A stretch of DNA of 64,000 nt, taken from positions 5,890,001 through 5,954,000 of the forward strand of contig CM035350.1 of NCBI GenBank assembly GCA_020137815.1, written 5' to 3'. The notes under the pieces were generated by a model that was not told where the DNA came from, searched no databases, and saw nothing but the letters and a program-made list of their open reading frames with translations. This document shows, in pieces, positions 57,411 to 64,000 of the stretch. Position numbers and translations under genes: made by a program. The DNA comes from Hormiphora californensis. Lineage: Eukaryota; Animalia; Ctenophora. Position 1 is the first letter of the stretch. Every line of letters starts with the position of its first letter.

Positions 57411-57622
57411 AGGTTGACAAGATACCTAATTTTTTTTCAGATTTTTTGTCGTGTAGAAAAATATTCCAAAACAGCATATTCAGAGCGCTTTCCAGTGCTC
57501 AGCCGCACCACTAAAGACCATACTGACCAAGTTTCATCATAATCTGGGCTGTTCTCTCTCACTTTTAAACTCCTGAAAAACGAAAAAAAGAAAAACAAAA
57601 AGTTTTAGGTATCTTATCAACT
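57411..57622. mobile_element. Kolobok-like MITE (degenerate); a second copy lies at 60109-60320
   Basis: ttaa|aggttgacaagatacctaa...ttaggtatcttatcaac, the same TIR as 63278-63727. Confidence 0.7.
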
Positions 57623-57823
57623 TATCAATTTGAGACTTTTGTTAAAATTCCACGCATCTTTTGCCCAGTTGTTCTGATTCCTTATCAAATTATAGATGAA
57701 ATATCGCGTTATCGATTCAGTTATGATAGTTTTAACAAAATCTAGACTTTTTGATAGCACATTACAAACCATTTTTAGTAGCTAAAAAGTGAAACAGTTA
57801 TTCCGATAATAGCAATACAAGCG

Positions 57824-58367
57824 ATGGCTGAAGATGATTTTAACCCAAAATGGCCTTCTCTAAAGTTTGTTGCAGTTGGTCACGGTGCCATGGGAAAGAC
57901 CTGTATGCTGATTCGCTATTTCAGTGAGACGTTCCCCGAGGTCTATGTCCCCACTGTTTATGATAACCGTATAAAACACGTGGAGTATGATGGTAAAATG
58001 TATAACATGACATGTTGGGATACGGCCGGTGGAGAAGATTACCCCAGGCTACGACCTCTGTCTTATCCGCATACCGATGCGTTTCTATACTAGTTCATGC
58101 TGTGAATGATAAAGAAAACTTCGAAGATATTGAATATTATTGGTGGCCAGAGTTGAAGCATCACTGTCCTGAAGTTCCTGTGATTTTGGTCGGTTCAAAG
58201 GTGGACTTGAGGGATGGGAACAGTTTGAATTCTGATCATGGTAATCAGATGGCACTAATGATTAAAGCAGCGTGCTACATGGAGTTTTTCAAGAAGCAAT
58301 TAAATTAGGTGCAGAATACCAAAAAACTGCAAAAAAGAAGCAAAAGAAAAAATATAATTTACTTTAA
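57824..58367 (+). pseudogene. Rho-like type B copy 1, disabled
   Basis: Relative to copy 2: a 2-nt insertion near 58088 giving a stop, a 34-bp deletion near 58285, and CAAX Cys changed to Tyr. Confidence 0.85.
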
Positions 58368-59539
58368 AAGATTTGAAGTTGAAAACATGTACATTTATAT
58401 GTGAAGTTGATTGTTAGAATTTAGAATGGAGTTTTTTACCAATATATGTAGTATTTATCCCTTGCCCGAGTGAATGCATTATAGCTGCGTTAGAATTCAA
58501 AAATGACACAACTGAATAAGTAACTAAATGTCAGCAAATGGAAGTGGCACGCCAACCCTAGAATTTTCTCATTCAAAAAAATTTTTGCCCAATAAAAGCT
58601 GTTTTCAACACTGCTGGCAGTCTGACGTCTGTACATGTAAATTGAAGCATATTTTAACAAATCATACTTATGATAAGCTGTGAAGAAAGCAAATCATTGA
58701 AGCGTGGGACACAAAATCCCGATTATTTATACCACACAAACAGTGTAGAAAATCATTTTTTAGAAGCCCTAAATTGTATGCCAAATTGTGGGCCACGAAT
58801 TTCCTGAAAACGTGTCAATGAAGTGGTTTATGAAGGAGCAGCTCGTTACTGTGTGTGCGGTTCTAGTTACTACTACTGCCCCTCGCAACAAAATGGGACA
58901 TTTTCGGTCCTTCTAGCGATTAAAAAAAGTGTAGTGTATCAAATATGTCATTTTCGAATTATAACCCTGCTATACCTTTTTGCATTCTCCCAGGCAGGGA
59001 ATAATAATACAATTATTCTTGACTTTTATTATACATTTGTTAGTTTATCATATGTTTGTTTATTAATTAATGCCTTTGCGTTGTTTTTTTTAAACGTGTT
59101 CTATCTCATTTCTATTGCTTCAACCCCGCCTCCCCTATCCCCCCGCATGCAGTATTGGTACAAAGATGTAAGAACAGATGTATTTCGGTATAAACAAAGA
59201 GAAACAAGTTAATTCAGATTGAACAAATCAATATTCAATCTGAATTAACTTGTTTCTCTTTTATTCGGCTCTCGGGATCCCGATTGAGCACTGTTGAGTG
59301 TTGGTGAGAAGTGAACAAGGCGTGTGTATGTCGGTATAAATGGTGAAATTTTCAAGAAATTTAAATTTGAAAAGCCGGGGTAATGTTGGAAATAGAAACT
59401 ACCTGAGCCTCATAAACAAAATATGGTTCCTTCAATAAGTCCTCAAATTGGTTAGAAATCCTCTACGTTTTGCCTTGCTAAATCTTAGCTGATGAATTGA
59501 AACTGCTTAGCGGTACAATACACTGATGACTGATGAAAG

Positions 59540-60079
59540 ATGCAGAAATGTATGAATATAAAACTTGTCATAACTGGCAACACAGCGTGTGGAAAAACAA
59601 GCATCCTTGCTAGATTCTACCGTGATATCCCTCCTTCTGCCGAAAGATTGGTTGTGGTCAATGACTGTAAGCCTCTGACAGTTGGTGAGCGGGTGTATGA
59701 TGTTGCCTGCTGGGAGACTGTTGCCGGGGAAGAGTATGCACGGCTCAGACCTTTTTCATACTATGACACATTTTGCCTCTTACTAGTGGTCGACGTCAGC
59801 GATGTTGAAAAAGGGGATGCTAAATTTTGGGCAGATGAATTTTGGAATCATTGCCCTGACGTTCCTGTGATTTTGGTGGGTTCAAAGATGGACTTGAGGG
59901 ATGAGAACAGTGTGAGTTTTGAGGAGGGTCGTCAGATGGCAGAAAGGATCGGGGCAGCCTGCTACATGGAGTGTTCAGCTCTTACCGGAGAGGGGGTCAG
60001 TGACGTTTTTGTTCACAGTATTGAACTAGGGGTTGTATATTTTAAGAAATTGAACCGGAAAAAATGTTGTATTTTGTAA
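59540..60079 (+). CDS. Atypical intronless Rho-like GTPase, type A copy 2
   Basis: Near-identical to the 56846 ORF; CAAX CCIL. Confidence 0.85.
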   Translation: MQKCMNIKLVITGNTACGKTSILARFYRDIPPSAERLVVVNDCKPLTVGERVYDVACWETVAGEEYARLRPFSYYDTFCLLLVVDVSDVEKGDAKFWADEFWNHCPDVPVILVGSKMDLRDENSVSFEEGRQMAERIGAACYMECSALTGEGVSDVFVHSIELGVVYFKKLNRKKCCIL

Positions 60080-60531
60080 ACTGTAATGTTAATATGTATG
60101 TAGTTTAAAGGTTGACAAGATACCTAAATTATTTTCAGATTTTTTGTCGTGTAGAAAAATATTCCAAAACAGCATATTCAGAGCGCTTTCCAGCGCTCAG
60201 CCGCACCACCAAAGACCATACTGACCAAGTTTCATCATAATCTGGGCTGTTCTCTCTCACTTTTAAACTCCTGAAAAACGAAAAAAAGATAAACAAAAAG
60301 TTTTAGGTATCTTATCAACTTATCAATTTGAGACTTTTGTTAAAGTTCAACGCATCTTTTGCCCAGTTGTTCTGATTCCTTATCAAATTATAGATGAAAT
60401 ATCGCGTTATCGATTCAGTATTATTCGTATAATAGTTTTAACAAAATCTAGACTTTTTGATAGCACATTACAAACCATTTTTAGTAGCTAATAAGAGTGA
60501 AACAGTTATTCCAATATTAGCAATACAAGCG

Positions 60532-61107
60532 ATGGCTGAAGATGATTTTAACCAAAAATGGCCTTCTCTAAAGTTTGTTGCAGTTGGTCACGGTGCCATG
60601 GGAAAGACCTGTATGCTGATTCGCTATTTCAGTGAGACGTTCCCCGAGGTCTATGTCCCCACTGTTTATGATAACCGCATGAAGCACGTGGAGTATGATG
60701 GTAAAATGTATAACATGACATGTTGGGATACGGCCGGTGGAGAAGATTACCCCAGGCTACGACCTCTGTCTTATCCGCATACCGATGCGTTTCTACTAGT
60801 TCATGCTGTGAATGATAAAGAAAACTTCGAAGATATCGAAACTTATTGGTGGCCAGAATTGAAGCATCACTGTCCTGAAGTTCCTGTGATTTTGGTGGGT
60901 TCAAAGGTGGACTTGAGGGATGAGAACAGTTTGAATTCTGATCATGGTAATCAGATGGCACTAATGATTAAAGCAGCGTGCTACATGGAGTGTTCGTCAA
61001 AAGATGACATTGGAGTTACCGAAGTTTTTCAAGAAGCAATTAAATTAGGTGCCGAATACCAAAAAACTGCAAAAAAGAAGCAAAAGAAAAAATGTAATTT
61101 ACTTTAA
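60532..61107 (+). CDS. Intronless Rho-like GTPase type B copy 2, with Gly at the Q61 position
   Basis: [25 protein letters not shown], a polybasic tail and CNLL. Confidence 0.9.
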   Translation: MAEDDFNQKWPSLKFVAVGHGAMGKTCMLIRYFSETFPEVYVPTVYDNRMKHVEYDGKMYNMTCWDTAGGEDYPRLRPLSYPHTDAFLLVHAVNDKENFEDIETYWWPELKHHCPEVPVILVGSKVDLRDENSLNSDHGNQMALMIKAACYMECSSKDDIGVTEVFQEAIKLGAEYQKTAKKKQKKKCNLL

Positions 61108-61184
61108 AACATTTGAAGTTGAAAACATGGACATTTATATGTGAAGTTGATTGTTAGAATTTAGAATGGAGTTTTTTACCAATA

Positions 61185-61357
61185 CAGTCGAACCCCGATT
61201 TAGGGGCCCCCGATTTAGTGGCACCCCGATTTAGGGACAGGATTTTTTCCCCCCGATATACGAAAATTAACATTATTTGAACCCGATTTAGTGGACACCC
61301 CGATTTAGTGGACAAGAGCCTTTCCCCCGAGGGTGTCCCTAAATCGGGGTCCGACTG
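61185..61357. mobile_element. Tc1/mariner/pogo-type MITE with TA TSD
   Basis: TA|cagtcgaaccccgattt...aaatcggggtccgactg|TA; absent from duplication copy 1. Confidence 0.9.
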
Positions 61358-62069
61358 TAGTATTTATTCCTTGCCCGAGTGAATTCATTATAGCTGCGTT
61401 AGAATTCAAAAATGACACAACTGAATAAGTAACTAAATGTCAGCAAATGGAAGTGGCACGCCAACTTTAGAATTTTCTCATTTAAAAAAATTGTGCCCAA
61501 TAAAAGCTGTTTTCAACACTGCTGGCAGTAAATTGACACATATTTTAACAAATCATACTTATGAAAGCTGTGAATAAAGAAAAACATGGCTAGATTGAAG
61601 CGTGGGACACAAAATCCCGAATATTTATACCACACAAACAGTGTAGAAAATCCTGAAGAAGCCCTAAATTATGTGCCAAATTGTGAGCCACGAATTTCCT
61701 GAAAACGTGTCAATGAAGTGGTTTAGGGAGCAGTTCGTTACTGTGTGTGCGGCTCTAGTTACTACACCGTTGCCCCTCGCAACAAAATGGGACATTTTCG
61801 ATCCTTCTAGCGATTAAAAAAGTGTAAAGTGTATCAAATATGTCATTTTCGAATTCTAACCCTGCTATGCCTTTTTGCATTCTCCCAGGCAGGGAAAAAT
61901 AATACAATTATTCTTGACTTTTATTATACATTTGTTAGTTTATCATATGTTTGGTTATTAATTAATGCCTTTGCGTTGTTTTTTAAACGTATTCTATCTC
62001 ATTTCTATTGCTTCAACCCCGCCTCCCCCATCCCCCAGCAGTATTGGTATGTACAAAGATGTAAGAACA

Positions 62070-62722
62070 GTATATAGTACATAACGTTCTGCACGCAGTG
62101 CAAGCGCGCCATATACGCTCTGCACTGCAGAGCGTATATGGAGGTGAAATGCACGACAGCGCAGCTGCAGTGCATTTCACACCTATATTGCACGAGTGTA
62201 ACGAGTGCGATATAGGAGCGCTTGCACATGCCGTGCAGGACGTTATTGAGTATATATTCCGCGAGAAAGCACATGACAAGCAAAACAATCATAATTTTGG
62301 GTGATTACACACAGAGAGATGTGACAAAACAAGGTATAAACTAAGCAAAACTACACAAAAAATACACTTCTACACCTGTTACACACAAGGGAACTCGTTC
62401 TGTTAGTTTTAATTAGTGAAAAGAAGAGAGGGATAAAGAGAGAGATACGAGAGAGGGAGATTGGAATTCTTGGAAATGGTGAACAACAAAACACGATAAG
62501 TGGATAATTAGTGAGAGAAAGAGGGAGAGTGAGTGTAATTTGACAGACTTTGTGTCGCTTGGCACTGTGTCAGTCATATTCTGTGTAAAAACACTGAGGG
62601 GACACTGTTCTTACTTATATCCCGCTACCCCTATATCTGCACGCTCCCGCGGAAGCAGAGTGCATATTTCACCGTGCAAATGGTCGCGCGGAGCGGGAGT
62701 GATATGTGCACTCGCGGTATAT
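62070..62722. mobile_element. Unclassified ~650-bp insertion with terminal hairpin clusters
   Basis: Present only in duplication copy 2; the empty site is near 59178. Confidence 0.75.
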
Positions 62723-63277
62723 ATATTTCGGTATAAACAAAGAGAAACAAGTTAATTCAGATTGAACAAATCAATGTTCAATCTGAATTAACTTGTTTCT
62801 CTTTTATTTGGCTCTCGGGATCCCGATTGAGCACTGTTGAGTGTTGGTGGGAAGTGAACAAGTCGTGTGTATATCGGTATAAATGGTGAAATTGTCAAGA
62901 AGTTTAAATTTGAAAAGCTGGGGTAAACAAAATATGGTTCCTTCAATTAGTCAAATTGGTTAGAAATCCTCTACGTTTTGCCTTGCTAAACCTTAGCTTG
63001 TACGTTTACCTATGGCATGATAGGTAGGCCGTCTATATCATATCTACGAATGTATACACGGGTTACTTTTGATGGGGTAAATCTAGTCTGCATGACACTG
63101 TATACCAAATTTCAGACCGATTAGTGCAGTGGGGGCCTCACTATGGGCGTTACGAAATGCCATTTTTGGCTAAAAACTGAAAAGTTATTAGTGCTTTCTG
63201 GCATACACGGCTGGCGGATGGTCACCTTTGCGCTTGTCAGCGCAGTGATTTAAAGAATTTATTATTTCCCCTGTTAA

Positions 63278-63727
63278 AGGTTGACAAGATACCTAAAACT
63301 TTTCGTATATCGTCTTATTTTGATTTATCATTAATTTTCAGCATTTTTTCAGAATTTTTTGTCGGCTAGAAAAAAATTCGAAATAGGGGGTCTACCGATA
63401 TTGTCAGCACTGGTTTTACTGGGCACACTCACTGCGTCTCGCAAATTGAAATTCACGTTTCCGGTTCCTCAAAAGATAAAGACTTGATCTTGGTTGCGTT
63501 GGATTGGTCTCAATAAGACCTTTCCAACGCTACCAAAACGGTTTCTGTATCTCATCAGGAACCGGAGATATTACGTTATCAATTTTAAAAAAGGCACACT
63601 CATTTGTCAGTAGACCCCCTATTTTGCACATATTTCTAGCCGACAAAAAATTCTGAAAAAATGCTGAAAATTAATGATAAATCAAAATAAGACGATATAC
63701 GAAAAGTTTTAGGTATCTTGTCAACCT
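63278..63727. mobile_element. Kolobok-like MITE with TTAA TSD and long TIRs
   Basis: ttaa|AGGTTGACAAGATACC...GGTATCTTGTCAACCT|ttaa with TIRs over 90 bp. Confidence 0.9.
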
Positions 63728-63734
63728 TTAAGCG

Positions 63735-64000
63735 ATGTCCGACGTTGTAGACACCCATGACCCAAAATGGCGTACTATGATACGTCTAAAGTTTGTTGCA
63801 GTTGGTTCCCGTGCCGTGGGAAAGACCTGTATGCTGATTCGCTACTTCAGAAAGGGTAAACTTCCCGATCCCGAGATACACCTCCCCAGATTATATGATG
63901 GCCAAGACAGGCAAGTGGAGTATGATGGTAAAATGTACGATGTGCTATGTTCGGATACGTCCGGTGAAACAGAGTATGAAAATAGACTACGATCTGAGCT
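63735..64000 (+). CDS. Divergent Rho-like GTPase type C, running off the window and absent from the ORF track
   Basis: [55 protein letters not shown], open to the window end. Confidence 0.8.
   Translation, partial: MSDVVDTHDPKWRTMIRLKFVAVGSRAVGKTCMLIRYFRKGKLPDPEIHLPRLYDGQDRQVEYDGKMYDVLCSDTSGETEYENRLRSE

Larger units (their letters stand above)
56792..62998 (+). repeat. Tandem segmental duplication (56792-59490 and 59486-62998) carrying a Rho-like gene pair
   Basis: Collinear, highly similar copies with junction microhomology TAGCT. Confidence 0.9.

Overview
Eukaryotic animal genomic DNA with compact genes, short GT-AG introns, many (AG)n microsatellites, nested genes and a very high density of foldback/MITE elements. 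This architecture fits a compact invertebrate genome such as a ctenophore, but the taxon is my inference. Parts of the assembly are error-prone: one 100-N gap, indels throughout Nup214, and homopolymer-degraded stretches near 11.5-13.1 kb and 31-32 kb. Genes I recognise from memory of the families: Nup214, SAAL1, a 4-finger C2H2 protein, a cathepsin L-like protease with a charged tail nested in an unknown gene, and an ~18 kb MDC1. MDC1 hosts three antisense nested genes: two tandem 12-Cys secreted peptides absent from the ORF track, and an M14 carboxypeptidase. Further along are an MFS transporter, a zgc:113208-like gene, a 5'-truncated CRE-like retroelement with TSDs, an intron-containing Rac/Rho gene, a microbial-type macrodomain gene, and a tandem array of intronless, catalytically altered Rho-like GTPases. 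The strongest leads are the Rho/macrodomain cluster, the diversifying Cys-rich peptide pair, the operon/trans-splicing-like junctions, and an unclassified poly-G-ended TIR family with 6-bp TSDs. No database searches were run.
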